DNA of 63,403 nucleotides, the filler included. It is 8 parts of 8 records of this genome, joined end to end, with 100 filler letters (N's around TTAATTAATTAA, not from the genome) between each part and the next. Parts side by side here need not be neighbours in the genome. Positions count along the whole stretch, not along the records: positions 33,856 to 42,972 come from SRR20825010_771; positions 43,073 to 47,958 come from SRR20825010_774; positions 48,059 to 52,481 come from SRR20825010_776; positions 52,582 to 59,010 come from SRR20825010_778; 4 more parts are not named here. One strand, given 5' to 3'. Under the pieces are notes generated by a model. The model did not search any database, was not told the origin of the DNA, and saw only the letters and a program-made list of their open reading frames with translations. Shown in pieces: positions 42,050 to 52,582 of the stretch. Position 1 is the stretch's first letter. The number at the start of each line of letters is the position of its first letter. The position numbers and the translations under genes were made by a program.

Positions 42050-42972
42050 GATGTTTTATTTTTGAAGCCAATAAATAAATTACAGCCATCCGAATGGCTA
42101 CACCGTTTTGCACTTGTTCTAAGATAATAGATTGTTTGCTGTCTGCTACATCACTTGTAATTTCAACACCGCGGTTTATGGGGCCTGGGTGCATTACTAC
42201 AATTTCTTTATTTAGTGAATCGAGCAAGTTTTTATTTAGGCCAAACTGCTGTGTATATTCTCTGGTTGTTGGAAAATAACTAATGTCCATCCGCTCGTTT
42301 TGAACGCGCAACATATTTGCCACATCACACCATTCCAGTGCTTTGCGGAGATTAGTTTCAATCTCAACATTTAGTTTCTCTATGTATTTAGGAATAAGCG
42401 TTTTTGGGCCACATACTTTTACGGTAGCTCCAAGTTTTTGAAGCGCAAAAATATTAGACAAAGCAACACGGGAATGGAGAATATCACCAACAATCACAAC
42501 TTTTTTTCCAGCAACATCTCCTAATTTTTCACGTATGGAATAACTGTCTAGCAAGGCTTGGGTTGGGTGCTCGTGTGCCCCATCTCCAGCATTAATTATA
42601 CTTGCATTTACATGTTTTGAAAGAAAAACGCCTGCGCCAGGATTTGGATGACGCATTACCACCATATCTACTTTCATTGAAAGAATATTGTTTACGGTGT
42701 CTATAAGCGTCTCGCCTTTGGTTACCGAAGAGCTTGAGGAAGCAAAGTTAATAACATCTGCAGAAAGTCTTTTCTCTGCAAGTTCAAAAGATAATTTTGT
42801 TCGGGTACTATTTTCGAAAAAAAGATTGGCAATGGTAATATCGCGAAGTGAAGGAACTTTTTTAATTGGCCGATTAATAACTTCCTTGAAATGGTCTGCC
42901 GTTTCGAAGATAAGTTGAATATCAGCTTCGGTTATATACTTTATTCCCAGTAAGTGGTTTACACTTAATTCG
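42039..42972 (-). CDS. pyrB: Aspartate carbamoyltransferase catalytic subunit (start just beyond contig edge)
   Basis: Frame extends upstream of the listed ORF through FFENSTRT to ELSVNHLLGIK; HEHPTQ, HPGP. Confidence 0.95.
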
Positions 42973-43128
42973 NNNNNNNNNNNNNNNNNNNNNNNNNNNN
43001 NNNNNNNNNNNNNNNNTTAATTAATTAANNNNNNNNNNNNNNNNNNNNNNNNNNNNNNNNNNNNNNNNNNNNATTTATGGTGACGCGAGCGTGGATGCAA
43101 ATGGGAGGCGCGCGCTTCATTCGGTGTG

Positions 43129-43521
43129 TTACCGGAAGGTCAAAAGCTTATGCCCGAAATAGCTGGTCACCACTGGCACTGCGACACCGATCATGTGCGC
43201 CAACGCTTCGGCATGTTCGCCGGTGATGCCGGATGACGGAAACACCCAATGAGCCAGTACCAGACTGATTATCAGGGTCTGAAGCAGGGCGACCACGTTC
43301 ACCCCGGCGAACTTGATGACCTGCAAGCCCAGCCGTCCATTCTTTGCGTCGAATACATGACCGCGCATCAGAATGAAGGCGACAAGCATACCCACCAAGT
43401 AGGCGAAAAAAACGGCGAATGCGTAACTCAGAAACATGCTGAATACAAAACGCGAGCCAAAGTTGGCTCCTGCAGCAACGCCACCGGCGATAAGAAATCT
43501 CAGGAATTCATTTGTCAGCAT
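43129..43521 (-). CDS. GtrA family lipid-linked sugar flippase-like protein
   Basis: EFLRFLIAGG..four TM segments..SYFGHKLLTFR. Confidence 0.85.
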   Translation of the reverse strand: MLTNEFLRFLIAGGVAAGANFGSRFVFSMFLSYAFAVFFAYLVGMLVAFILMRGHVFDAKNGRLGLQVIKFAGVNVVALLQTLIISLVLAHWVFPSSGITGEHAEALAHMIGVAVPVVTSYFGHKLLTFR

Positions 43522-43534
43522 ATGATCATGGCAT

Positions 43535-44833
43535 TCAGGCCGCGCTGTTTTCCGTGGCGGTCTTTGCCATCGCCCGACCGAAACCGGTGCTCTCCGATAT
43601 GCCGCGATCTTCCGGGTAGTAATACGATGTATCGGCTACCCACAAACCCTGCACCGGTAACGCGACGGGGGGGAGTTTGTCGAGATGGCCGGGCTCGCAA
43701 ATTGGTTGAGCGTAACGATAGCGGCTGGCTCGGATATCGATGAAATCGTCATCCTGAAGGGCTGGATTGATCTTCTTCAGATAACGCCGAACCTTTTCCA
43801 GAAAAGCTTCGTCTGGTTCCGCGAACATGGGATGCTCGCCGGGCACATAGAACGGTACATAGACCACATGCTGCCCCAGGGGGCGCAGGTTCGTGTATTC
43901 CACCAGCCCCGGGATATCCATTTCCGGGTCGTTCGTGTTCAGCCAAAAGTTTTCCGTGACTGGTTTTTTGAGTTTTGCGATGACGCAAACCACGGCGATG
44001 TTCTTCAAGGCGTTGAATTTGTCCAGAACGTCGGCCGGCAGATCGGGCATGATTTTTGGCACGAAGGGCAATGGGATGGTGCTGATGACCTTGTCGAACG
44101 GCTCGACCTTGCCGCCGGTTTGCACCCCTGCCACTTTCCCGTCTTCGATGACGACCTTCTCGACCGGTGTCTTGAGGCGGATCGTCCCGCCCTTCGCCTC
44201 GATCGCGTCCTTTATCGCCGTGAGGAACGTGCTGGAGCCTCCGTCCAGATAGCCCAGTTTTTCGCGGAACAAGTTGTAGCGGGATCGTCCGATGCGCCGG
44301 ATACGGCTCCAAATCCAGGCGGCGGAGAGGTTGCCGGCATAGTCATAGAACTTGTAGTCAAACAGTCTGCGCCACAGCACTTCATAGGCTTCGGCACCGA
44401 CCCAGCGCCTGATCCAGCCCGTGGCCTCGACATCGTCCAGCGGGTGCCAGTCGGTGCGTTTGGTGGTAAGAAAGGCATGCAAGCCGTACCGGAATTTAGC
44501 CAGAAAGCTTAAGCCCTGAAATCTGAGCAGGGCTATCGGATTGCCCCAGGGTTGCAGGCGTCCCTGATACCAATATCCCATCTTGGTTTCCGTCCAGCGC
44601 ATCTTGCCGGCGATGCCGAGCTCGTCGAGTGCCTGCAGGAACTCTTGGTCGGAAGTGCAGTGAAAATGATAGTAGCGCTCGATCTCCAGCCCGCCGAAAT
44701 CGAATGTCGCGGTCATCCCGCCAACCCGATCATCCGCTTCGAAGACCACCGGCTCGTGACCGTCCAGAGCCAGTTGGTAAGCGGCGGCCAATCCCATGGG
44801 CCCCGCGCCCAGGACTGCTATTTGCTGTTTCAT
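43535..44833 (-). CDS. FAD-dependent oxidoreductase (amine oxidase/protoporphyrinogen oxidase-like fold)
   Basis: GAGPMGLAAA..E..VGG, ERYYH, YAQP, YYPEDRG. Confidence 0.85.
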   Translation of the reverse strand: MKQQIAVLGAGPMGLAAAYQLALDGHEPVVFEADDRVGGMTATFDFGGLEIERYYHFHCTSDQEFLQALDELGIAGKMRWTETKMGYWYQGRLQPWGNPIALLRFQGLSFLAKFRYGLHAFLTTKRTDWHPLDDVEATGWIRRWVGAEAYEVLWRRLFDYKFYDYAGNLSAAWIWSRIRRIGRSRYNLFREKLGYLDGGSSTFLTAIKDAIEAKGGTIRLKTPVEKVVIEDGKVAGVQTGGKVEPFDKVISTIPLPFVPKIMPDLPADVLDKFNALKNIAVVCVIAKLKKPVTENFWLNTNDPEMDIPGLVEYTNLRPLGQHVVYVPFYVPGEHPMFAEPDEAFLEKVRRYLKKINPALQDDDFIDIRASRYRYAQPICEPGHLDKLPPVALPVQGLWVADTSYYYPEDRGISESTGFGRAMAKTATENSAA

Positions 44834-44835
44834 AC

Positions 44836-45774
44836 TCAGAACTCCAGTGCCACCTGGCTATAGCGCGGATCGTTGAATGTCTCGTAGATGGCTTCCCGGA
44901 AAGGAGTTGATCTGACCCCGAAAATACCGGGCCAGTCGATCACCTCAAATTCGTCCTTGGCGCTCAGGGCGGCCAGTTGCTGGGTCGTGAAGGGAGGGTT
45001 CTTGTCAAACAGGCCCCAGATCCACAGCAGTGCGTAGAACAGTCTGTAAGGAATGCGCACTATCAGGGTGCGGGCATGGATGGCCCGCTTGATCTCGCGA
45101 ATGATGTCTATGTAATCGACCTGCTCGTGCCCCGAGATATTGTACACGCCCTGCGAGGCATTCTTCTCTATGCAGCTGATGATGATGTTGCAAAAGTCCC
45201 CGACATAGAGGGGCTGGCGCATATAGCGGCCATGCCCGGGAATGGGGAAGATCGGTATCTTTTTCATGAAGCGTGAAAGCCACCCGAGGTGCTTGCGGTC
45301 AAACCAGCCAAACATCAATGTCGGCCGCAGCACCTGACAGGGAATGCCGCTCTCCAGTACCATATTTTCCTGCGTTTTCTTGGTGTCTGTATAAAAGTCG
45401 TCGGCGATGGATTCGACGACTGAAGAGCTGATGTGCACCAAGCGCTGAATGTTATGCGTCTTTATCGCGTCGAGTATCAGTTTCGTTGAATCCACATTGT
45501 TGCGAATGAATTCCTGATAGTCGTTTCCGCCGATTTGTGCCTGGAGCATGACCACTACATCGGCCCCGGAGAAATGGCTCTGCCAGTCGCCAGGTTCCGC
45601 AAGGTCCGCATAGTCGACAGTAATGTCGGGCTGGATACTTTTGAGTGTTGAAATATTCGCTCTATGCTTATCCAGAACGACGATATTTCCGTAGCCCTGT
45701 GCCTTCAGGCGAGCCACCAGATTTTGACCGACAAGGCCGGCACCTCCGGGAAGAACAATTTTAGTGTCTTTCAT
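44836..45774 (-). CDS. NAD-dependent epimerase/dehydratase (extended SDR)
   Basis: GGAGLVG, HISSS, YTDTK, LRPTLMFG. Confidence 0.85.
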   Translation of the reverse strand: MKDTKIVLPGGAGLVGQNLVARLKAQGYGNIVVLDKHRANISTLKSIQPDITVDYADLAEPGDWQSHFSGADVVVMLQAQIGGNDYQEFIRNNVDSTKLILDAIKTHNIQRLVHISSSVVESIADDFYTDTKKTQENMVLESGIPCQVLRPTLMFGWFDRKHLGWLSRFMKKIPIFPIPGHGRYMRQPLYVGDFCNIIISCIEKNASQGVYNISGHEQVDYIDIIREIKRAIHARTLIVRIPYRLFYALLWIWGLFDKNPPFTTQQLAALSAKDEFEVIDWPGIFGVRSTPFREAIYETFNDPRYSQVALEF

Positions 45775-45783
45775 GACTCACCA

Positions 45784-47688
45784 TTATTGAACATGAAGCA
45801 TTTTCCTGATGCCGCATGAGATGTATTTTCTTCCCGATTTCTGAACGATCTCAACTTCATACGCGCCGGGCGTCAGGTCGGCCTGCACTATGCGTGAGAA
45901 ACCGGTGTCGATATCGATGTTAATGCCAAGATACAGGTTGGCATCGATCCTTGGCACTTTTAGTGCCTGCAGGTAGAGCGGAGCACTTTCATTGCTGGAG
46001 AGCTGCAGGAAGACGTCATCCGGTGCCGTCGGAACGGCTTCTTTCGTGGCCGTCCAGCCTGCAAGGACGATGACGTCCTGGCCACCACGGTGCTCGACGT
46101 CTGCCCTGTCGACGCTGCCTTCGCACTGTGCTGCTTCCGGAACAGGCCGGTCCGCCTGCTTTTCCGGGCTGGCAATCAGGCAGCCGTGCGTTTCACCGAC
46201 TTTCCATGAGCGTTCCCTCGTGGCCCAGTTGATCAATTCCGGAGCGTTGGGATGATCTTTACAGGAGACGATTGCCCCCAGACGGCCTTCCTCGACAAAT
46301 TTTTCGGGACTGGACAGAACCTCGTCGTAATTCCGGAGCCACTTCGGCGCGGTGAATGATTTCCGCTGGGAGATATAGCTGAACGTCGAGCTCCAGCCAT
46401 TGCCGTATGCAACAAACTGCATTCCGTCGGGCAGCTCCCTGTTCAATACCCCGCCGACGGCCAGGTCCCGGTTCTCCTTGGTGATTTCCTTCGTGATGTT
46501 CGGAAGGTAACTAGATGAAAACGCAATAATATTAGATGCCATGATCAATATCAGAATGAAAATGGCTGCCCCTTTGCCGAAGACCGGCAGGATCACCGCG
46601 CCAAGGGTGACGGCGAGGCCATATGCCAAAAAAATGAGTGTGGCGGCTTGATAGTAATCGTGAACGATATGGAGATTGGTAAATAGAAATACTGGCCCGA
46701 TGCCAAGCATGATGGTGCTCAGAACGATAAGTCTGATCCGGCGTTCGGTGCGCGCGAAGAAGGGGACGGCGACCAGAAACAGGCCGAGCGCGCCGCCCAT
46801 GTTTGTCGTCAGTATTCTCTGCCAGATCACATCGAGCCAAAGGATGGAAGAAACCCTTTGCAGGGGTTTCCCCCAGTTCCATTGACTGAGCTCCGCCGAC
46901 GTCAATTGCGCGCCCAGCGGGTTCTCAAGCTTGATCTGGTCCGTGAAGACGATCCAGGCAAAGCCGATGGACACGGGGATGACGAAAATAATCCCCGTGA
47001 GGATGAGATCCCTGTTGAACAAAAACGCGCGTATATCTCTGGTTCCGCTGAATTTCTGTATCGTGAAGGCAAACGCAAGAAGCACGGAAACTGGAAGGAT
47101 GGTCGTGGACTTTTGCAGGAATGCGAGGGTCGAGAAAAGGATGAAGAGGGCAATGGTTCCGGGTGACCTGCTCCCCGCGAAGTAGTCGATAAAATATTTT
47201 GTTCCGGCAATCGTAAAGAACAATGCCGGTGTTTCGATCATGAAACTCCTGCCCCAATAAAGATAGACGGGCATTGAAAAGAGAATGGAGACAAAAAACG
47301 GGAAAACAATTTCGGGCAGGTTGAGCCGTCTGGTGATCGATTGGGCCGGGAAGATGCACAGAAACAGAAAAACGTAGCTGACCGTGCGCCCGGCAAAATC
47401 CAGAGAAACACCGAAGATCTGCGAGAAGCAGGCGACGATGATCTGATATATCGGGAACTCGAACGGGATGGCCCAGGGGACGCCGCCCACCGGCGTTTCG
47501 TAGACCCATTTGAAGCCATCTTCGATGAACCAGTAAGCGGTCAAAGCCGTCTGGGTTTGCCGGAATGCATGTATGTCGAGGGGCGGTTGATCCGCGTATG
47601 CGAAAGCGAGAAAGGCCGAGTATGCGAGGACCAGGAAAGAGAGTACTTCCGCGATGCCGAAATTGAACCTGGTACTCATTTTTCTCAC
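45784..47688 (-). CDS. GT-C fold (PMT/ArnT-like) membrane glycosyltransferase with periplasmic C-terminal domain
   Basis: HAFRQTQTA, PFEFPIYQ, RSFMIE, HDYYQ; multiple TM helices. Confidence 0.7.
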   Translation of the reverse strand: MRKMSTRFNFGIAEVLSFLVLAYSAFLAFAYADQPPLDIHAFRQTQTALTAYWFIEDGFKWVYETPVGGVPWAIPFEFPIYQIIVACFSQIFGVSLDFAGRTVSYVFLFLCIFPAQSITRRLNLPEIVFPFFVSILFSMPVYLYWGRSFMIETPALFFTIAGTKYFIDYFAGSRSPGTIALFILFSTLAFLQKSTTILPVSVLLAFAFTIQKFSGTRDIRAFLFNRDLILTGIIFVIPVSIGFAWIVFTDQIKLENPLGAQLTSAELSQWNWGKPLQRVSSILWLDVIWQRILTTNMGGALGLFLVAVPFFARTERRIRLIVLSTIMLGIGPVFLFTNLHIVHDYYQAATLIFLAYGLAVTLGAVILPVFGKGAAIFILILIMASNIIAFSSSYLPNITKEITKENRDLAVGGVLNRELPDGMQFVAYGNGWSSTFSYISQRKSFTAPKWLRNYDEVLSSPEKFVEEGRLGAIVSCKDHPNAPELINWATRERSWKVGETHGCLIASPEKQADRPVPEAAQCEGSVDRADVEHRGGQDVIVLAGWTATKEAVPTAPDDVFLQLSSNESAPLYLQALKVPRIDANLYLGINIDIDTGFSRIVQADLTPGAYEVEIVQKSGRKYISCGIRKMLHVQ

Positions 47689-48077
47689 TTAAATGCTCGG
47701 TCACCAAAGATGAAAATTTGTTATGGCGTATCTTGCCGTAATAAACGGTGCCAGCTGGTTTAATAAATTTTACGCCCCGTGTCGCCTGCCGGGGCGCTGT
47801 TCCGGCACGATTTTATCTGGAGGCGAGCAGCAGGCTGGAAATGGGGGAGGGGGCTTCGCTAGATCGGGTGGTGCCGTGCGGGATCACGGCGGCAACGGCA
47901 ACCAGACGCCGCGCGGCCTCGGGCCAGATTTTCAGCGGAGTGGGGGACATGGGCGCGCNNNNNNNNNNNNNNNNNNNNNNNNNNNNNNNNNNNNNNNNNN
48001 NNTTAATTAATTAANNNNNNNNNNNNNNNNNNNNNNNNNNNNNNNNNNNNNNNNNNNNAACTCATGGTGCCTGGGAG

Positions 48078-49841
48078 CTACTGCACGAGCACCGGGCGTT
48101 TGCAGCTGACGCCGGTGACCCTTACATCGGCTTCGCCGATCTTCACACCAGCCAGCGCAAGCACATTGTAAAGGAGTTCGTCGATCGGTTCCGAGAGGCT
48201 TGAGAGGAGCGCCTTGACGGTGCCCTTCACAAGCGTGGTGTTGAGGAGCGTTCCGCCGAGAAGCGACCCGCCCAGAACTTCTACGTCGAGATGGAGGTTT
48301 TCGAGCAGTGAACTGGTTGTCGAGCCCAGAATGTCCCGTGTTGATACGCTCCTGATGCGTCCTTGCCGGATATCCGAACTTGAGAAGCGCAGCCGTGTCG
48401 GTTGCATGTTCTGCGTTTCAACATGCGCCTTGCCGTTGACCGATACGCTCAAGATGCCTCCAACGTCGATCATCCTGGCGGGACTGACCCGAGCCTGATC
48501 CGAAAACGTCGACAAAGTACGGTCATCAACTTCACCGAGCGCGATCTCCAGCACTCCCGGCATCGCGTCAACAGAGACACTGCCTTTATTTGGCTGCGAG
48601 GGGCTGCATTGGATATCGGCGATGCGTGCCTCGGCATGCGCCACTTCCACATAGAGCGGAATCCGTAGCTTCGTTTTCAGGACCACCAGGTCGATACCGA
48701 CTTCAAACGAGACCTTCAGGCGCGTTTGTGCCGTTCGTACGGCTGTGCCGATGGGCGCCAGCGCATGGCTGGGCGTTCCGGCGGGTGGTTCACCGATTGC
48801 AAGCTTGACCGAAAGATTGGTGAGCGGAGAGAGATTTAAGCCGGCATCGACTGCAACCTGATTGTCACCATTGGCAAGTGCGGCAGCCATGGTAATCATT
48901 TCAAGCGCTGCAATCCTCATCTCCCAGGGAGCAGTGGTGGCTATGCTCAGCGCGCCAATTGCATCGAGGTTCAGAAGCTGCTCCAGCCTGATGGTATTGC
49001 TGTTCTTCGCGGTTGCCGTCTCGAGTGTCCTGAGGACACTCTGAACCGTTGGCGGCACGCCGCTCGTCAAGCGCATGGTTGACAGCAATTCAGGCAGGGT
49101 AAGGTCAGTTTCGAGTATCTGGCTGTATGTCAGGCCGGTCAGATCCAGGCGTGTTGCCAGAGTCTGCATGAAGGAAAGGATATCGATGTCGGCGTCGAGC
49201 AATCCCTCATAGTCCATCACTTTCAGCGAGATCGTCGTGCCGAGCAGACCGCCAAGCAGGCCGTTCAATAGACCTTCGTTGAGGCTTGCAAGACGGGATC
49301 CGACCGAGAAACCCGCGAGCTTTTCTGCTGATGCGGTACCGACCGCAGACAATTCCGGCGGGTCGGCGAATATCGCACCGAAATACAGGTCACCGCGTTT
49401 TCTGATCGTCACTCTTGCGGCGTCAGGCGACGTTTCCATCTCCACAAAGCGTAGACTGGTGGCAATGGAGGGGTCGGGATAGTAGCGTCCGCGCACCAGG
49501 CGCGCGATGCCGTGTTTTTCCTGCTCTATATACTCATCGGCGGACAGGTAGCGACCATCGAGCAGAAGTCCCTCGTCGGTCTCGAGAGCGATCTCCTGGT
49601 TATTGAGAGAGAAAAACTGGGCGACGGCTTTCTCAGCCCTGGCTATATCAGCAGCTGCAACGATCGAAGCGAGGTCGGCTGTCTTCTGAAGCTTGCGGTC
49701 TTGCAGGGTGAGATTACCATAGTCCACCCCCAGTGCCACACAGCCAATCATGATGGGGACAAACAGGGCGAACAGTGTTGCGACATTTCCGCGGCGATCG
49801 TTGGCGAACCTGCTGATGTGTGAAAAGCGGGTTCTGGGCAT
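48078..49841 (-). CDS. tadG: TadG-like Flp pilus assembly protein
   Basis: RRGNVATLFAL..ALGVDYG..LQKTADLAS Tad N-terminus. Confidence 0.8.
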   Translation of the reverse strand: MPRTRFSHISRFANDRRGNVATLFALFVPIMIGCVALGVDYGNLTLQDRKLQKTADLASIVAAADIARAEKAVAQFFSLNNQEIALETDEGLLLDGRYLSADEYIEQEKHGIARLVRGRYYPDPSIATSLRFVEMETSPDAARVTIRKRGDLYFGAIFADPPELSAVGTASAEKLAGFSVGSRLASLNEGLLNGLLGGLLGTTISLKVMDYEGLLDADIDILSFMQTLATRLDLTGLTYSQILETDLTLPELLSTMRLTSGVPPTVQSVLRTLETATAKNSNTIRLEQLLNLDAIGALSIATTAPWEMRIAALEMITMAAALANGDNQVAVDAGLNLSPLTNLSVKLAIGEPPAGTPSHALAPIGTAVRTAQTRLKVSFEVGIDLVVLKTKLRIPLYVEVAHAEARIADIQCSPSQPNKGSVSVDAMPGVLEIALGEVDDRTLSTFSDQARVSPARMIDVGGILSVSVNGKAHVETQNMQPTRLRFSSSDIRQGRIRSVSTRDILGSTTSSLLENLHLDVEVLGGSLLGGTLLNTTLVKGTVKALLSSLSEPIDELLYNVLALAGVKIGEADVRVTGVSCKRPVLVQ

Positions 49842-49842
49842 G

Positions 49843-50271
49843 TCACAGCCCTCCTAACCGGATCGTCGAGTACCCCACAATTTCCTTGTCGGGCATCACG
49901 TAGGAATAGAGCGACCAGATCGGCAGGTCGCTGGCATCGTATTTGACGGAAACGGTAAACTGGTTGGGGTTACCGGCATCGTCCGCGACCTGGATGTCGA
50001 ACTTTTTCGTGTCGATGAATGGATGATCGGTCATCGACCGTTGGATGAAATCACGCGCCAGCGTTTGCCTCTCCATCTGAGAGAGCCCCGCGACTGCAGC
50101 ACGGGCGGCATCAGCGCTGACCTGCTGTACGGAATGAGCGGCGCTTAGATAGATCCCGTAAGCAATCATCGAAAAAACGGTGAGAAAGAACACCGGCGCA
50201 ATAATGGCGAATTCAAGCGCTGCTGTGCCGTCTGATCGGTGGAAAAATTTTACGAAATATCTTTTGTCCAT
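49843..50271 (-). CDS. tadE: TadE-like pseudopilin
   Basis: G-TAALEFAIIAP prepilin motif; ADAARAA. Confidence 0.88.
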   Translation of the reverse strand: MDKRYFVKFFHRSDGTAALEFAIIAPVFFLTVFSMIAYGIYLSAAHSVQQVSADAARAAVAGLSQMERQTLARDFIQRSMTDHPFIDTKKFDIQVADDAGNPNQFTVSVKYDASDLPIWSLYSYVMPDKEIVGYSTIRLGGL

Positions 50272-50725
50272 TTCCAGTACTCCCAAGCCCGAGAACAGGA
50301 TTGATGAGCAGAAATAAACAAAGATTAAACACGAGATCCTTGTTTTATTACTAGAGATTGTACCTGCCAGGTTGTGGATTTTTTAAAAGCAACCGCTGAG
50401 TTGTGCGGACATTTTTTCTTCAAGGCAACTCTGGGTTACACAATTTTGATTTGTATTTTTGTACTATTTCGAAAAGTTCGGGTTTTGTGGGATTCTTTTG
50501 AGTGCGCCTGGATCGGGAATATCACCTTGAGATTGCAAAATTCAGATAGCAGTTTCGCGCAAGCAGTTTCGATCTGACAAAAAGAAGACATCATTCTCAA
50601 AAAGCAGAGGTTGTAAAAAAAAATCGAAAAGTTTTGTAAATGTGAGAGTAAATCCCGAAATGGTTGCAAAAAGCACCAGGGAGGCGGAAGGATTGGTGGT
50701 TGACGATGGGTCAAGCGCCGCATCC

Positions 50726-51925
50726 TCATTTGATAGGACCCAATTGCTGCGCCAGATTTCCGCGAGGCATGACGAGAACCGAATCCAGGTCGAGCCAATG
50801 CGCGAGACGCTCAAGCTCCCGGCGCAGCGCTTCCGCCGTGTGGGCGGGGGCCTTGGGCTCTGCATGGCTCGACTGAACGAGCAGAACCCGTTCTTTCCGA
50901 TCCGCCTTGAGATCCACACGCGCCGCGATGCGATCCCCCAGAAGAAAAGGCAGAACGTAATAGCCATGCTTGCGCCTGTGAGCGGGAGTATAGATTTCGA
51001 TCCGATAGCGAAAGCCGAAGATGCGTTCGGCCCGGTCGCGCTCCCAGACGACCGGATCGAAGGGTGCGAGCAGCGCGGCTCGATCGATGCGCCGCGGCAG
51101 CTGCGCGTCCTTGTGAAGGTATGCAGCATGGCGCCAGCCGCGGATCTCCACGGGATACAAGACACCATCCTCGACGAGCTCGGCGACACGCGCCTTGGAT
51201 ACATCGGGTTTCAGTCGAAAATAGTCCCTGATGTCCGGCTCGCTGGCAACGCCGAGCGCGCGCGCCGCTATGTTGACCAGAGCACGCTGTGCGTCATCTT
51301 CTCGTGGAGTGGGGGCATCGAAAACATCGCGCGGCAACACACGCTCGGGGAGATCGTAGAGACGCTCAAAGCTTGGTCGGCGGGAATGGGTGGTGATACG
51401 ACCGCACCAGAAAAGCCACTCGAGCGCTTTTTTGGTTTCGCTCCAGCCCCACCAGCCGCCGCTTCCGCTTTCTCCATCAAGTTCGGAAGCAGCCAGCGGT
51501 CCTCGGCTCTCCACCTCTTTGTATAGACGTTCGACGAGCTCTCTTTTCTCGCGAGCGAAATGGACGAGCCCCTTGTAGACGCCTTCACCGCGCCGCGCGC
51601 GCTCCATTCGCCAGCGCAGAAAGGGCTGAAGTTCAACCGGCAGGAGCGAGGCCTCATGGGCCCAGTATTCAAACAGCATGCGCGGTTTTTTCGCGTGGGC
51701 TCTCTGCAGAACCTCCACCGGATAGGGTCCCAGACGTGCATAAAGCGGCATGAGGTGTGCGCGGGCTACCACATTGACCGAGTCGATCTGTAGCAAACCG
51801 GTGCGGGCCAGCGTACGCCGAATATGATGACGGGTAATGGGCCCCCGGGGGCGTGATGTGGAAAATCCCTGGGCGCCGAGGGCAATTCGCCGCACCTCTG
51901 CCGGTGTGAGTCGCTCTCTTCGCAT
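50726..51925 (-). CDS. YcaQ/AlkZ-family (HTH_42) crosslink-repair DNA glycosylase
   Basis: LLQIDSVNV (QxD), FEYWAHEAS, LLAPFDP, YRIEIYTP..RKHGYY. Confidence 0.88.
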   Translation of the reverse strand: MRRERLTPAEVRRIALGAQGFSTSRPRGPITRHHIRRTLARTGLLQIDSVNVVARAHLMPLYARLGPYPVEVLQRAHAKKPRMLFEYWAHEASLLPVELQPFLRWRMERARRGEGVYKGLVHFAREKRELVERLYKEVESRGPLAASELDGESGSGGWWGWSETKKALEWLFWCGRITTHSRRPSFERLYDLPERVLPRDVFDAPTPREDDAQRALVNIAARALGVASEPDIRDYFRLKPDVSKARVAELVEDGVLYPVEIRGWRHAAYLHKDAQLPRRIDRAALLAPFDPVVWERDRAERIFGFRYRIEIYTPAHRRKHGYYVLPFLLGDRIAARVDLKADRKERVLLVQSSHAEPKAPAHTAEALRRELERLAHWLDLDSVLVMPRGNLAQQLGPIK

Positions 51926-52295
51926 ATGCCTGCGTTCTTCCCCGCCATTCGCTTTGTAACAGACCTAACCAGTCGGCCAGGCGGATGCCACCCGATTGTT
52001 CCAAAGCAGCGGAGTCTCCTGACAGAAAGGAGAGGGCGCTTTACAGGCGGATTTTGTGCGTTATCTGCGCTGTGGCGGAACGCCGGAAGGGGCGCTGTTT
52101 GTGAACAACGGCGGATATGCGTGCGACAATGCCGCAATCTGGCCAAGGTTTGACTTGCGTCGCCAAGCGCCCTGCGCTAACCCTCGCCGCGTTGCAACAT
52201 GAGCCTAGCCTTGCTGCCTTGGCCGTAGGCGCAAAATCCCGGTCTCGGGCCTCGATACGCAGCCTCGCCCGCGGCGGGCAACGGAAAGTCGGACC

Positions 52296-52481
52296 ATGAA
52301 TGAGCTTCTGAGTTCATACCTACCTATCGTTATTTTCATCGGCGTCGCGCTCGTCGTCGCGCTTGCGCTGGTGGTTGCGCCATTCCTGGTGGCCTATCGC
52401 AATCCGGATCCGGAGAAGCTCTCCGCATATGAATGCGGCTTCAACGCATTCGACGATGCGCGCATGAAGTTCGATGTGCGC
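52296..52481 (+). CDS. nuoA: NADH-quinone oxidoreductase subunit A (3' truncated)
   Basis: [26 protein letters not shown]. Confidence 0.95.
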
Positions 52482-52582
52482 NNNNNNNNNNNNNNNNNNN
52501 NNNNNNNNNNNNNNNNNNNNNNNNNTTAATTAATTAANNNNNNNNNNNNNNNNNNNNNNNNNNNNNNNNNNNNNNNNNNNNG

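Noticed and set aside
43685..44512. 275-aa plus-strand ORF, and the similar 46925-47707 ORF
   Set aside because: Shadow frames of well-supported genes in GC-rich DNA.
50642..51526. 294-aa ORF antisense to the ycaQ-like gene
   Set aside because: No motifs, and the opposite strand carries a clear family signature.
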